DNA from: Vulcanimicrobiota bacterium
GTDB lineage: Bacteria > Vulcanimicrobiota > Vulcanimicrobiia > Vulcanimicrobiales > Vulcanimicrobiaceae
Direction: 5' to 3'
Assembly (NCBI GenBank): GCA_963722595.1
Contig: CAVRNN010000006.1
Coordinates: 52,757 to 116,756 of the forward strand
DNA: 64,000 nt
Part shown: piece by piece, positions 38,042 through 48,214 of the stretch
How positions within the stretch are numbered: position 1 is the stretch's first letter
How the letters are laid out: every line of letters starts with the position of its first letter
Notes under the pieces: model-generated
What the model was told of the DNA's origin: nothing
The model's database searches: none
The model's input: only the letters and a program-made list of their open reading frames with translations
Made by a program: the position numbers and the translations under genes

Positions 38042-38102
38042 TTGTCCATTTAATGACCAAGGTCATTAATCTGGTCAACGCGAAAGAATGACCAAAGTAC
38101 AT
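38042..38102 (+). promoter_or_regulatory. promoter candidate overlapped by a 20-nt perfect palindrome, plus a second degenerate box, upstream of sbp
   Basis: TTGTCC (38042-38047), 17 nt spacer, ATTAAT (38065-38070). The palindrome TTAATGACCAAGGTCATTAA (38050-38069) covers the spacer and -10. Second box ATGACCAAAGTACAT at 38088-38102. Confidence 0.55.
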
Positions 38103-38137
38103 TTCTCGGACGATTAAAGAGGAGCTTCCTTCTTAAT

Positions 38138-39145
38138 ATGAGGTTTTCTGCTTGGGTCGCGCTGGGCGTTCTGGGCGTCGTCGGCGCTTCGCACGCCGGG
38201 GCGGCCGAGCCCCCCGCAACGATCCTGAACGTTTCGTACGATCCGACGCGCGAGCTCTACGACGATTACAACGCGGTGTTCGCGCGATATTGGAAGGCGA
38301 AGACCGGCCAAAGCGTGACCGTGCAGCAGAGTAACGGCGGATCCGGGAAGCAGGCTCGCGCCGTGATCGACGGCCTGCAGGCTGACGTGGTGACGCTGGC
38401 GCTGGCGTACGATGTCGACGCCATCGCGGATAAGGCGAAGCTGCTGCCGGCGAATTGGCAGGCGCGACTGCCGGACAACAGCACGCCATATACGTCGACG
38501 ATCGTGTTCCTCGTGCGACAGGGCAATCCGAAGCGGATTCACGATTGGAACGATCTCGCTCGTCCGGGCGTCGGCGTAATCACGCCGAATCCGAAGACAT
38601 CGGGGGGCGCCCGCTGGAATTTCTTGGCGGCCTGGGCGTACGCGCTCGCGCAGCGCGGCGCCAACGATGCTTCCGCCAAGGCATTTGTGGCGAAACTCTA
38701 TCAGAACGTGCCGGTGCTCGACTCCGGCGCGCGCGGCTCGACCACGACGTTCGTCGAGCGCGGCATAGGCGACGTTCTGATCGCGTGGGAGAGCGATGCG
38801 CTGCTCGCGGTCAATAAGCTGGGTCGCGGACGGTTCGAAATCGTGCGACCGTCACTGAGCATCCTGGCCGAGCCGCCCGTCGCCGTCGTGGACGGTGTCG
38901 TAGACAAGAGAGGCACGCGGGCTATTGCCGAGGCCTACGTGCGCTATCTTTACTCGCCCGCCGGCCAAGACGTCGTCGCGCGGCACTACTTCCGGCCCCG
39001 GTTCCCCTCGGTCGCGCGCCGCTACGCCGCGCAGTTTCCCGCGATGCGACTCGTCACGATCGACCGGTTCGGCGGCTGGAAGCGAGCGCAGCAGACGTAT
39101 TTCGCGGATGGCGGCGTCTTCGACCAGATCTATCAGCCGCATTAG
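38138..39145 (+). CDS. sbp: sulfate/thiosulfate ABC transporter substrate-binding protein
   Basis: '[16 protein letters not shown]', '[32 protein letters not shown]', which closely matches the E. coli Sbp/CysP motifs. Confidence 0.92.
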   Translation: MRFSAWVALGVLGVVGASHAGAAEPPATILNVSYDPTRELYDDYNAVFARYWKAKTGQSVTVQQSNGGSGKQARAVIDGLQADVVTLALAYDVDAIADKAKLLPANWQARLPDNSTPYTSTIVFLVRQGNPKRIHDWNDLARPGVGVITPNPKTSGGARWNFLAAWAYALAQRGANDASAKAFVAKLYQNVPVLDSGARGSTTTFVERGIGDVLIAWESDALLAVNKLGRGRFEIVRPSLSILAEPPVAVVDGVVDKRGTRAIAEAYVRYLYSPAGQDVVARHYFRPRFPSVARRYAAQFPAMRLVTIDRFGGWKRAQQTYFADGGVFDQIYQPH

Positions 39146-39147
39146 CG

Positions 39148-40032
39148 ATGTTGCGCTCGCTCATCGGCCGCCGTCAGAGCATCATTCCGGGATTCGGACT
39201 GACGCTTGGCTTTACGATACTCTACCTGTCGCTGGTCGTGCTCATTCCGCTCTCCGCGACATTTCTCGAGACGTCGAAAATCGGATGGAGCCAGTTTTGG
39301 CACGTCGTGCTGGCGCCCCGCGCTCTTGCGGCATATGGTTTGAGCTTCGGAGCAGCGCTGATCGGCGCTACGATCAACTTCGTGTTCGGCACGCTCGTCG
39401 CGTGGGTGTTGGTACGCTACACGTTTGCCTTAAAACGCATCCTCGACGCGCTCGTGGATCTGCCCTTTGCGCTTCCGACCGCCGTCGCCGGAATCGCCCT
39501 AACCACACTCTACGCGCGCAGCGGATGGTTCGGCGGCCCGCTAGCATCCGTCGGCCTACACGTCGCGTTCACGCGCCTGGGCATCGTCGTCGCCCTGACG
39601 TTCGTCGGCTTGCCGTTCGTCGTACGCACGGTGCAGCCGGTTCTCGAAGATCTCGACCGCGAGCTGGAAGAAGCCGCCGCTAGCTTGGGCGCGGGGCGGT
39701 GGCAGACGTTCGCGCGCGTCCTCTATCCGGCGATTTTCCCGGCCGCGCTCACGGGCTTCGCCCTTGCGTTCGCGCGGGGCGTCGGCGAGTACGGGTCGGT
39801 GATTTTCATTGCCGGCAACATGCCGATGCGAACGGAGATCGCGCCGCTCCTGATTGTCACCAAACTCGAGGAGTATGACTACAGCGGTGCGACGGCAATC
39901 GCGGTGGTCATGCTCGTCGTTTCGTTCGCCTTTCTCGTCGCGATCAATATGCTGCAGCGATGGAGCACGCGGCAAGAACGCGCCGAAGCCGTCGTCGCGT
40001 CACCCCTTCGTCCCGCAATGGAGTTGCGTTAA
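39148..40032 (+). CDS. cysT: sulfate ABC transporter permease CysT
   Basis: 294 aa polytopic protein with an EAA-type loop 'LEEAAASLGAGRWQTFARV'. Follows sbp. Confidence 0.88.
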   Translation: MLRSLIGRRQSIIPGFGLTLGFTILYLSLVVLIPLSATFLETSKIGWSQFWHVVLAPRALAAYGLSFGAALIGATINFVFGTLVAWVLVRYTFALKRILDALVDLPFALPTAVAGIALTTLYARSGWFGGPLASVGLHVAFTRLGIVVALTFVGLPFVVRTVQPVLEDLDRELEEAAASLGAGRWQTFARVLYPAIFPAALTGFALAFARGVGEYGSVIFIAGNMPMRTEIAPLLIVTKLEEYDYSGATAIAVVMLVVSFAFLVAINMLQRWSTRQERAEAVVASPLRPAMELR

Positions 40033-40883
40033 TGGTCGTTACATTGCCGCGCACGCCGGCCGTCGCCGAATCGTCCGCCGTGCGCGGCTCGCTCATCGGC
40101 GCGACCATGATCTTTCTCGGCGTTTTTCTCCTCGCACCGCTCGCCGTGATCTTCAGCGTCGCACTCGGTCAGGGAATTTCCGCGTATTTCGAGAGTTTTC
40201 GCGATCCCGACAGCCTGGCGGCGATTCGGCTGACCCTTTTGGCGGCCGGGATCGCCGTCCCGGCGAACCTCGCGTTCGGCGTATGCGCCGCCTGGGCGAT
40301 CGGCAAGTTCGAGTTCTTCGGCAAGACGCTTCTGATCGCGTTGATCGATCTGCCGTTCTCGGTTTCGCCCGTGGTGACGGGCCTGATCTACGTGCTGGTT
40401 TTCGGCGCGCAGGGGCTCTTGGGGCCGTGGCTGTCCGCGCACGATATCCACATCATCTTCGCCGTTCCGGGGATCGTGCTGGCGACAATCTTCGTGACCT
40501 TTCCATTCATCGCGCGCGAGCTGCTCCCGCTCATGGCCGCACAGGGCAACGACGAAGAGGAAGCCGCGCTCACGCTCGGTGCCAACGGCTGGCAGACGTT
40601 CCTGAAGGTGACGCTTCCCAACGTGAAGTGGGCGCTGCTCTACGGCGTGATCCTCTGCAACGCCCGCGCAATGGGTGAGTTCGGAGCGGTCAGCGTGGTC
40701 TCGGGACACATTCGCGGCCTCACGAACACGATGCCGCTGCAAATCGAGGTTCTCTACAACGACTATCAGTTCGTGCCGGCGTTCGCTGTCGCTTCGCTGC
40801 TGACGCTGTTGGCGCTGGCGACGCTCGTCATCAAGAGTCTCGTCGAGTGGCGAGTCGGCACGCGAGGGGTTCAGGTCGCATGA
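40032..40883 (+). CDS. cysW: sulfate ABC transporter permease CysW
   Basis: TAATG overlap with cysT. '[22 protein letters not shown]'. The ORF track starts at 39960. Confidence 0.88.
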   Translation: MVVTLPRTPAVAESSAVRGSLIGATMIFLGVFLLAPLAVIFSVALGQGISAYFESFRDPDSLAAIRLTLLAAGIAVPANLAFGVCAAWAIGKFEFFGKTLLIALIDLPFSVSPVVTGLIYVLVFGAQGLLGPWLSAHDIHIIFAVPGIVLATIFVTFPFIARELLPLMAAQGNDEEEAALTLGANGWQTFLKVTLPNVKWALLYGVILCNARAMGEFGAVSVVSGHIRGLTNTMPLQIEVLYNDYQFVPAFAVASLLTLLALATLVIKSLVEWRVGTRGVQVA

Positions 40884-41917
40884 GTATTACTGTCAACAAC
40901 GTCACCAAGCGGTTCGGGAATTTCACCGCTCTCGACGAGGTGACTCTCGAGATTCCGCGCGGCCGGCTCGTCGCGCTCCTCGGCCCGTCGGGTTCGGGCA
41001 AGACCACGCTGCTCCGTATCGTCGCCGGGCTGGAGATCGCGGATTCCGGCGTCGTGCGCTTCGACGGCGAGGACTTCAGCAAGCGGACTGCGCGCGAGCG
41101 CCGGATTGGCTTCGTCTTTCAGCACTATGCGCTGTTTCGCCATATGACCGTCTTCGAGAACATCGCCTTCGCGCTGCGCGTTCGGCCGCGCGGGACTCGC
41201 CCGAGCGGCCAACGTATTCGCGCGCGAGTGTCGGAACTGTTGGAGTTGATCGCTCTGCAAAACCAGGCTGGACGGTATCCGTCGCAGCTCTCGGGCGGTC
41301 AACGTCAGCGTGTTGCTCTGGCTCGTGCCTTGGCAGTGGAGCCCAGCGTGCTGCTGCTGGACGAGCCGTTCGGCGCACTCGACGCAAAGGTCCGGCTTGA
41401 GCTGCGGCGCTGGCTGCGGCAGCTCCATGACGAAGTCGGCGTCACCAGCGTCTTCGTCACGCACGACCAAGAAGAGGCGCTCGAAGTCTCTGACCAGGTT
41501 GCCGTGATGAACGGCGGAAGGATCGAGCAGGTCGGCAGTCCGGATGAAGTGTACCACCGGCCCGCGAGCTCGTTCGTCTATAATTTCCTCGGCAACGTCA
41601 ACCTGTTCCACGGGCGCATCGATAACGGAACGCCATACATCAATGCGGAGGCGACGGGTCACGTCGTGTACGTCCGCCCGCACGCATTTGATGTCGCACG
41701 CCAGCCGCAGGGCGCCAACCATTTTCGCGCGACCACGAAGCACATCAACGCGGCGGGGCCGGTGGTGAAGATCGAGGCCGTAACGGAGTGGGGTGCGCCG
41801 GTGCGCGTCGAGATGGCGCCGGAGCGCTTCCGCGACCTCGCCCTCCGTAGCGGCGAAGAAGTTTTCATTACGCCTCGGGATCTCGCCGTCTTCACGTCCG
41901 GCCAGCAAGCGGTCTAG
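40880..41917 (+). CDS. cysA: sulfate ABC transporter ATP-binding protein CysA
   Basis: ATGA overlap with cysW. '[12 protein letters not shown]', '[15 protein letters not shown]', '[11 protein letters not shown]', plus a C-terminal regulatory domain. Confidence 0.9.
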   Translation: MSITVNNVTKRFGNFTALDEVTLEIPRGRLVALLGPSGSGKTTLLRIVAGLEIADSGVVRFDGEDFSKRTARERRIGFVFQHYALFRHMTVFENIAFALRVRPRGTRPSGQRIRARVSELLELIALQNQAGRYPSQLSGGQRQRVALARALAVEPSVLLLDEPFGALDAKVRLELRRWLRQLHDEVGVTSVFVTHDQEEALEVSDQVAVMNGGRIEQVGSPDEVYHRPASSFVYNFLGNVNLFHGRIDNGTPYINAEATGHVVYVRPHAFDVARQPQGANHFRATTKHINAAGPVVKIEAVTEWGAPVRVEMAPERFRDLALRSGEEVFITPRDLAVFTSGQQAV

Positions 41918-41940
41918 CGCGGGGGTTTCCCTTCACGCGC

Positions 41941-43020
41941 GTGAAATACGCGCCCGTCATGGCTTCTGCGATGCGGGCGCTGGTCAAGCCGGGCCCTGAG
42001 CCCGGCTTTCTCTTGACCGAAGTGCCCATACCGTCGATCGGACCGACCGATGTGTTGATCCGCGTCGAGAAGGCCGGGCTCTGTGGGACGGATCTGCACA
42101 TCTACGACTGGGACAGCTGGGCGCAACAGCGCATCAAGCCGCCGCGCGTGGTTGGCCACGAGTTCATGGGAACGGTAGCGGCAGTTGGCGACGCCGTGCG
42201 CTCGGTTCGCGTCGGCGAGCGCGTCTCGGCGGAAGGCCACATCGTGGATCTGACGTGTCTGCTCTGTCGAACGGGACAGGCCCATATCTGCGAGCGGGTC
42301 GAGATCATAGGCGTCGACCGCGACGGCGCGTTCGCCGAGTATGTCGCGATCCCGGAGTATAACGTCTGGCGGCTCGATCCCGCGATTCCCGACGTCTGCG
42401 CTGCGATCTTCGATCCGCTCGGAAACGCCGTGCACACCGTGATGGCCGCCGGCGTCAGCGTCAAGAGCGTGGCAATTACCGGCGTGGGCTCTATCGGTCT
42501 CATGGCGGTCGCGGTGGCGCGCGCGGCGGGCGCCACGACGATCTTCGCGATCGACCGCAATCCCGCCAAGCTGGAGCTCGCGCAAAAGCTCGGCGCGGAC
42601 GCGACCTTCTTGGCGGCGCAGCCCGGCCTCGTCGACGAGATTCGCGATCGAACGCGCGGCGATGGCGTCGACGTATTGCTCGAGATGTCCGGAAGCGGCG
42701 CCGCGATCGATCAGGGGTTGCAGCTGCTGCGCAACGGCGGGACCGCTGCGCTGCTCGGCATTCCGTCGGGCAACGTGAGCCTTGACCTCGCCCAGCGAGT
42801 CATCTTCAAGGGCATCACCGTGCTCGGAATCAACGGGCGGCGCATGTTTGAGACGTGGTATCAGACGGAGGCTCTGGTCAAGAGCGGGCGCGTCAACCCG
42901 GGCGCGATCATCACCCACGTGTTACCGTACGATCAGTTTGCGCATGCGTTCGACCTGACGAACAAGGGCGAGGCGGCGAAGATCGTTCTCGATTTCAAAG
43001 GAGATGTTGCAAAATCATGA
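41941..43020 (+). CDS. tdh: L-threonine 3-dehydrogenase
   Basis: 'MRALVKPGPEPGFLLTEVPIPSIGPTDVLIRVEKAGLCGTDLHIYDWD', 'GHEFMG', 'ITGVGSIGLMA'. The true start is probably ATG 41971; 41941 (GTG) is the longest ORF. Confidence 0.88.
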   Translation: MKYAPVMASAMRALVKPGPEPGFLLTEVPIPSIGPTDVLIRVEKAGLCGTDLHIYDWDSWAQQRIKPPRVVGHEFMGTVAAVGDAVRSVRVGERVSAEGHIVDLTCLLCRTGQAHICERVEIIGVDRDGAFAEYVAIPEYNVWRLDPAIPDVCAAIFDPLGNAVHTVMAAGVSVKSVAITGVGSIGLMAVAVARAAGATTIFAIDRNPAKLELAQKLGADATFLAAQPGLVDEIRDRTRGDGVDVLLEMSGSGAAIDQGLQLLRNGGTAALLGIPSGNVSLDLAQRVIFKGITVLGINGRRMFETWYQTEALVKSGRVNPGAIITHVLPYDQFAHAFDLTNKGEAAKIVLDFKGDVAKS

Positions 43021-44213
43021 ATCAGGCGTTCGAAGCCAAGCTGCGAGACGACCTCGATGCGCTCAAGAAGGCGGGAACGTACAAGCGTCTGCGCCACCTG
43101 ACGACCCCGATGGGGCCCGAGGTGCACATGGAGGAGGCCGGCGACGTCATCGTGCTCTCGAGCAACAACTATCTCGGGCTCGCCGACCGGCCGGAGGTCG
43201 TCGACGCCGGGAAGCGCGGCCTCGATCGATACGGCGCGGGCACGGCGTCCGTGCGCTTCATCTGCGGCACGTTCGACGTGCATCGCGCGCTCGAGGATCG
43301 CATCGCCGACTTCCTGGGACTCGACGCCGCGCTCACCTACGTCTCGTGCTGGAACGCCAATACGGGCCTGTTCCCGACGATTTGCGACGAAGGCTCGGCG
43401 ATCGTGTCCGACGAGCTCAATCACGCCTCGATCATCGATGGAGTGCGGCTCGCCTCGAAGGCGGGCCGCGAGCGGTTCAAACACGGCGACATGCACGCAC
43501 TGGAGGAGAAGCTCAAGAGCGTGCAGGGCTGTTTCCCGATCGTCATCGTTACCGACGGCGTCTTCTCGATGGAGGGCGACCTCGCCAAACTGCCCGAGAT
43601 CGCCGCCCTTGCCAAGCGGTACGGCGCGATCAGCGTCGTGGACGACTCGCACGGCACCGGCGTCATGGGCGAGACCGGCCGCGGCACCGTCGAACACTAT
43701 GGCCTGACCGGAGAGATCGACGTCATCACGGGCACGCTCGGAAAGGCGCTGGGAGGCGCGGCGGGCGGCTTCGTCGCGGGCAGCGCGGCGCTAATCGACA
43801 CGCTGATCCAGCGCTCCCGTCCCCAGCTGTTCTCGAACGCGCTCCCCGCGACGGTGGCCTGCAGCTCCTTGGCCGCGATCGACTATCTGGATTCCCACCC
43901 GGAACTCGTCTGCAGCCTGCGCGAGAAGACGCGCTACTTCCGCGACGGACTCAAGCGCATTGGATACAATCCCTTGGAAAGCGAGAGCGCGATCGTGCCG
44001 ATCATCGTGGGCGAGACGGCCTTCGCGATCGCGATCAGCGACAAGCTGCTGAAGTCGGGCGTGTTCGTCACGGGCTTCGGCTATCCGGTCGTGCCGGAGG
44101 GCACCGCGCGGGTCCGCGTGCAGATCAGCGCCGCGCTGACGCAGGATGAGATGGATCGAGCGCTGCGCGCGTTCGAAAGCGTCGGCAAAGAAACCGCGCT
44201 GCTTAAAGGCTAG
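43017..44213 (+). CDS. kbl: 2-amino-3-ketobutyrate CoA ligase (glycine C-acetyltransferase)
   Basis: ATGA overlap with tdh. 'LSSNNYLGLA', 'DELNHASIIDG', 'DDSHGTGVMG', 'TGTLGKALG'. Confidence 0.9.
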   Translation: MNQAFEAKLRDDLDALKKAGTYKRLRHLTTPMGPEVHMEEAGDVIVLSSNNYLGLADRPEVVDAGKRGLDRYGAGTASVRFICGTFDVHRALEDRIADFLGLDAALTYVSCWNANTGLFPTICDEGSAIVSDELNHASIIDGVRLASKAGRERFKHGDMHALEEKLKSVQGCFPIVIVTDGVFSMEGDLAKLPEIAALAKRYGAISVVDDSHGTGVMGETGRGTVEHYGLTGEIDVITGTLGKALGGAAGGFVAGSAALIDTLIQRSRPQLFSNALPATVACSSLAAIDYLDSHPELVCSLREKTRYFRDGLKRIGYNPLESESAIVPIIVGETAFAIAISDKLLKSGVFVTGFGYPVVPEGTARVRVQISAALTQDEMDRALRAFESVGKETALLKG

Positions 44214-44230
44214 CGCTTCAGGGCAAGTCT

Positions 44231-45292
44231 TTGCGCATGCCGGTATCGTTTGGTAGTCTGCACTTCCGTCGCATTGGGATTCCGCTCAAGCCCGATCCCG
44301 ACGAGAGGCCGTCCGAGTGCCTAGGCATTCTCAATCCGGCCTGCGCTCGGCTGCGGGACGGCACGCTTCAGCTCTATCCGCGCATGGTTGCCCCCGGTAA
44401 CGTCTCGCGCATCGGCTCCTATCGCGCGCGCGAACGCAGCGATGGCCTGTTGGATGTCGAGTTCCTCGGCTATGCGCTAGAGCCCCAGGCGCCGTACGAA
44501 CTCCGGGACGCGCCGGGCGGCTACGGCTGTGAAGACCCGCGCGTGACCTTCGTCGAGCCCCTCGACCGGTACGTGATGGCGTATGTCGCCTATGGCCCGC
44601 GCGGTCCCGAGGTCGCGGCTGCCGTCTCAGAGGACGGATTGATGTGGGAGCGGCTTGGTCTGATGCAGTTCCAGGACAGCAGCGAGCAGCTGGCCGACAA
44701 GGACGCGGCGTTCTTTCCCGGGCCGGTGAGCTCACCGAGCGGCGTCGAATCGCTGGCGTTCTATCATCGTCCCACGCTGCAGCTGTTCGACAAGAGCGGC
44801 AAGGACGCGCTCGCGATGATCGAATCCCTGCCGCCAAGCGAACGCGAAGGCATCGCGATCGGTTACATTCCTCTGGAGGCCGTCCGCTCGGATTTGCGTG
44901 CGCTGTGCACCGTGACGCAGACGCACCGCCTTACGATGCCTCCCGCGAACTGGGGCCGCGTCAAGGTCGGCGCCGGTACGCCGCCGGTGCGCGTCGCCGA
45001 GGGCTGGCTCTCCGTCATACACGGCGTCGACGAGCTCGCGCATCCGCACGGATCGGAGCTGTTGCGATACTGCGCCGGAGTGGTGGTTCACGATGCCCGG
45101 CACTTGGACCAGATCGTCTTCCGATCGCCCGATCCGCTCTTCGTTCCCGAGCGAGCCGGGGAGCTGCACGGGACGGTCGGTCACGTTGTGTTTCCGACCG
45201 GCATCGATCGTCGCGGCGAGCGCGAGTTCGACATCTACTACGGAATGGCCGATTACGAGATCGGTCGGGGCAGACTGACGATCTCGGACTAA
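44231..45292 (+). CDS. GH130/DUF377-like glycosidase-related beta-propeller protein
   Basis: 'GILNPA', 'GCEDPRVTFVEPLDRYVMAYVAY', 'AAAVSEDGLMWERLG', 'DKDAAFFP', 'FYHRP'. Confidence 0.6.
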   Translation: MRMPVSFGSLHFRRIGIPLKPDPDERPSECLGILNPACARLRDGTLQLYPRMVAPGNVSRIGSYRARERSDGLLDVEFLGYALEPQAPYELRDAPGGYGCEDPRVTFVEPLDRYVMAYVAYGPRGPEVAAAVSEDGLMWERLGLMQFQDSSEQLADKDAAFFPGPVSSPSGVESLAFYHRPTLQLFDKSGKDALAMIESLPPSEREGIAIGYIPLEAVRSDLRALCTVTQTHRLTMPPANWGRVKVGAGTPPVRVAEGWLSVIHGVDELAHPHGSELLRYCAGVVVHDARHLDQIVFRSPDPLFVPERAGELHGTVGHVVFPTGIDRRGEREFDIYYGMADYEIGRGRLTISD

Positions 45293-45322
45293 CTCCAAAC
45301 CGGATCCAGCCGGGCGGCATAT

Positions 45323-45620
45323 ATGTTGCGTTGCTGACAGCTCCCGCTGCGGCCGCCCCGGCCGGTCCCGCCGTTCGCGTCAACGATGACGCCTATATCC
45401 CCAAGACGCTGACGATCGTGGCGGGGCAGACCGTGACGTTCGTCAACGGCGACGACGACGCGCACACGGTCACCGCGGTCGACGGCAGCTTCGATTCGAA
45501 AGGCCTCGACACCGGAGCCGTGTGGCGCCACGCCTTTACGAAGCCCGGAGTCTACGCGTACTTCTGTGGCTGCATCCCTTCGTGAAGGGCACGATCGTCG
45601 CGAAGGGGGTGGGCTCGTGA
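45323..45620 (+). pseudogene. amicyanin/plastocyanin-like cupredoxin, frame-disrupted
   Basis: 'TLTIVAGQTVTFVNGDDDAHTVTA...PGVYAYFC' stops at 45583-45585. The ligand loop 'LHPFVKGTIVA' continues in another frame to 45618-45620. ATG 45323 hits TGA after 4 codons, and the signal-like 'LLTAPAAAAPAG' is in a different frame. Confidence 0.65.
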
Positions 45621-46163
45621 GGCGCGCCTCCATCCTCGAGCACGTCGCATGGACGGGCGCCGGCATCGCGTATGCGCTTCGCCCCGGCGGGCTGCTGACG
45701 GGACGCGCCGTGGCCGCGGGGGCCGATGATGCGTTCGAGTTCGTGCAGATCAGCGACAGCCACATCGGCTTTCATCAACCCGCCAATCCCGACGTGTCGG
45801 GAACTCTAAAGATGGCAGTGGACGCGATCAACGCGATGCGGTAACAACCGGCGTTCGTCGTCCAACCGGCGACATCACCCATCTCTCGACGCCGCAGCAG
45901 TTTGACGATGCGCGCGCGATTCTCTCGAAGCTGAGGGCGCCGCTGGTCGCGCTGCCGGGCGAGCACGACGTCGTGGGCAACGACTTCAACGCGTATCTCA
46001 CCAACTTCAAGATCCCGCACTCGACTGCCGGAGGATGGGCCTCGTGGGACGCTCACGGGATGGAAGAAGACCCGAGTCACGGGATCGCATCGGTACGAAG
46101 TCTACGGTCTGCGCAGCGGCCGAACCGCCGATCTCGGAACGACGCAACCGCAAGGCCAGACTA
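45617..46163 (+). pseudogene. Tat-signal metallophosphoesterase remnant (nonsense codon, frameshift, truncation)
   Basis: 'VRRASILEH...FVQISDSHIG...AINAMR', in-frame TAA at 45842-45844, then 'QPAFVVQ'. A frame change near 45863-45865 leads to 'TGDITHL...LPGEHD'. No later phosphoesterase motifs were found. Confidence 0.65.
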
Positions 46164-46279
46164 GTGGACTATTTACGCGCATCGCTGCACCGTTTGACAG
46201 GGTCGAGCTCCGTGAACGCGGCTCGACAATCGAAACCGCGGCGATCCGCTAGCCTTTCCGGCGCTTGTCGAACTGCGAG

Positions 46280-46315
46280 AAGAAAAGGCCCAACAAAGCG
46301 TCGTTTGTTGGACCC
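46280..46315 (-). terminator. rho-independent terminator downstream of tRNA-fMet
   Basis: On the minus strand: CCAACAAA-CGACGC-TTTGTTGG, followed by CCTTTTCTTCT. Confidence 0.7.
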
Positions 46316-46320
46316 GGACT

Positions 46321-46397
<77 letters not shown>

Positions 46398-46490
46398 ATA
46401 GGAACGACTAGTTTACGACGGCTTGGGTTGCGCCCCTGCCACGCTCGGCTCGGCGCGGTGCTTCGCTCCCGGGCGCCGAAGGCAGCCCGG

Positions 46491-47537
46491 ATGAGCTCTG
46501 GAACGCTCGCCGAGCGCATTCCGAAGATTCACCTCCACTGCCATCTAGAAGGCTGCTTGCGCGCGCCCACGTTCCTCGAATTGGCGGCGCAGCGCGGCGT
46601 GCCGCTGCGATATAAGCGTGCTGGCGACGTCAGCCTTCGACCGGCTCAGGATGAAAACGTCTACGCGTTTGCCGATTTCGACGAGTTTTTGTTGCTCTTT
46701 GCCGCGGTGAGCCGAGCGTTGCGCGATCCCGAGGATTATGCGCGATTGGCGCGGGAGTTCGTCGAGGACGCGCTCTCGCAGAACGTAATCTACGGCGAGC
46801 TCTTCGTCTCACCCTCGGTCTGGACGTTCTTCAACCCGGCGCTCGACGTCCGCGCCACGCTGGAGGCGATCGTAACGGAGCTCCGAGCGGCGCGGCCCCG
46901 CGCGACATTCATGCTGCTGGCGGATCTCACGCGCAACTTCGGCGCGGAGAGCGCACTGGCGACGGCACGCACGATGGCGTGCATGGCCGATCTGGACGTG
47001 ATCGGAGTCGCACTCGGCGGCGACGAGATGCGCTTTCAGGCGAAACTCTTCGCCGATGCCTTCGCCTACGCGCGCGCGGTGGGGCTGCGCTGCGTGGCGC
47101 ACGCGGGCGAGGCGGACGGTCCGGCGAGCGTGCGCGACGCCGTGCAGCTGCTGCGCGTCGAGCGCATCGGCCACGGAATTCGCGCGCTCGAGGATCCCGC
47201 GACGGTCGAACTCCTGGCGACCAGACGCGTCGCCGTCGAGATATGCCCCACCTCGAATCGCCTAACCGGCGCGGAGCTCGCCGGCCACCCGCATCCCTAC
47301 GTCGAGTTCGACAAGCTCGGCTGCGTCGTCACGATCGATGCTGACGACCCCGCGATTTTTCGGACCACGCTGCAACGCGAATACGCGATTGTCGAGGGAG
47401 TTGCCGGGGCGCCGGCTCTGGAACGCTACGTTCGCAACGCAATCGCCGCCAGCTTCGCGGACGCGTCCCGCAAGCTGGCGATGGAGACGCAGCTGGCGGC
47501 GGCTCTTGCGGAACTCCCCGCGCGGTCGCGAAGTTAA
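46491..47537 (+). CDS. add: adenosine deaminase
   Basis: 'IPKIHLHCHLEGCL', 'HAGEADG', 'RIGHGI', 'CPTSN', 'TIDADDPAIF'. Confidence 0.88.
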   Translation: MSSGTLAERIPKIHLHCHLEGCLRAPTFLELAAQRGVPLRYKRAGDVSLRPAQDENVYAFADFDEFLLLFAAVSRALRDPEDYARLAREFVEDALSQNVIYGELFVSPSVWTFFNPALDVRATLEAIVTELRAARPRATFMLLADLTRNFGAESALATARTMACMADLDVIGVALGGDEMRFQAKLFADAFAYARAVGLRCVAHAGEADGPASVRDAVQLLRVERIGHGIRALEDPATVELLATRRVAVEICPTSNRLTGAELAGHPHPYVEFDKLGCVVTIDADDPAIFRTTLQREYAIVEGVAGAPALERYVRNAIAASFADASRKLAMETQLAAALAELPARSRS

Positions 47538-47545
47538 AGCGAGAG

Positions 47546-48214
47546 ATGCCCGGTCGCTCGCATTCGCACTTCGCCGAGTCCTTCGAGATGTATATGAAGG
47601 CGATCTACCGTCTCGAGCGCGAGGGTCCCGGCGTCACGACCTCCGCGCTGGCCACCGAGCTTGGCGTCGCGCCGGCGTCGGTGTCCGGCATGTTGAAGAA
47701 GCTCGTCAACGAGGGTTACGTCGAGCACGAGGTCCGCGGAGACATCCGGTTGACCCGGAAGGGGCTCGAGGTCGCCGTCGGCGTCGTGCGGCGCAACCGT
47801 CTGGCGGAGCGGCTGCTCACAGATGTCTTGGGGATGCCGTGGGACGAGGTGTACGCCGAGGCCTGTATCCTCGAGCATGCGATCACCGATCGCGTCGAAG
47901 AGCGCCTCGTCGCCGCACTCGGCGATCCGCAGACCTGCCCGCACGGTCATCCGATCCCGCCCAAGGATCTGACGGAACCCGTCCGCGCGGGAATCCCGCT
48001 CGCGCAGGTAGAGCCGGGCAGACGGGTGACGGTCTCCGGCGTCACCGAGCAGATGCCTGAGATGTTGCGTTACCTGGGCCAGGTGGGATTGCGCCCGGGC
48101 GCGCGCCTCGAAGTCGTCGAGAAGGCGCCGCTCGGAGGTCCCGTCACGATCGAAGTGGACGGCGAACGCCACGCTATCTCGCTCGAGCTCGCGCGCACGG
48201 TCATGATCGCGTGA
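47546..48214 (+). CDS. DtxR/MntR-family metal-dependent transcriptional repressor with a FeoA/SH3-like C-terminal domain
   Basis: 'EMYMKAIYRLEREG...TSALATELGVAPASVSGMLKKLVNEGYV', 'RRNRLAERLL', 'CPHGHPIP'. Confidence 0.85.
   Translation: MPGRSHSHFAESFEMYMKAIYRLEREGPGVTTSALATELGVAPASVSGMLKKLVNEGYVEHEVRGDIRLTRKGLEVAVGVVRRNRLAERLLTDVLGMPWDEVYAEACILEHAITDRVEERLVAALGDPQTCPHGHPIPPKDLTEPVRAGIPLAQVEPGRRVTVSGVTEQMPEMLRYLGQVGLRPGARLEVVEKAPLGGPVTIEVDGERHAISLELARTVMIA

Noticed and set aside
35805-38064. Treating the shared 10-mer TGACCAAGGT as significant on its own
   Set aside because: Exact 10-mer repeats are expected many times by chance in 64 kb. The observation is retained only because of the matching paired-box layout and promoter-proximal position at two adjacent operons.
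38138-41917. That the ABC operon next to phoBR-pstB is the missing phosphate transporter
   Set aside because: The binding protein and permeases match sulfate Sbp/CysT/CysW motifs closely, and the ATPase is CysA-like with a C-terminal regulatory domain. This is not PstSCA.
40871-42918. Two long minus-strand ORFs (40871-41908, 41914-42918) opposite cysA and tdh
   Set aside because: Shadow ORFs. The plus-strand genes carry Walker/ABC signature motifs and zinc-ADH motifs.
43004-44149. 381 aa alternative-frame ORF inside kbl
   Set aside because: Extremely Arg/Gly/Pro-rich. It is an out-of-frame reading of a gene with clear PLP-enzyme motifs.
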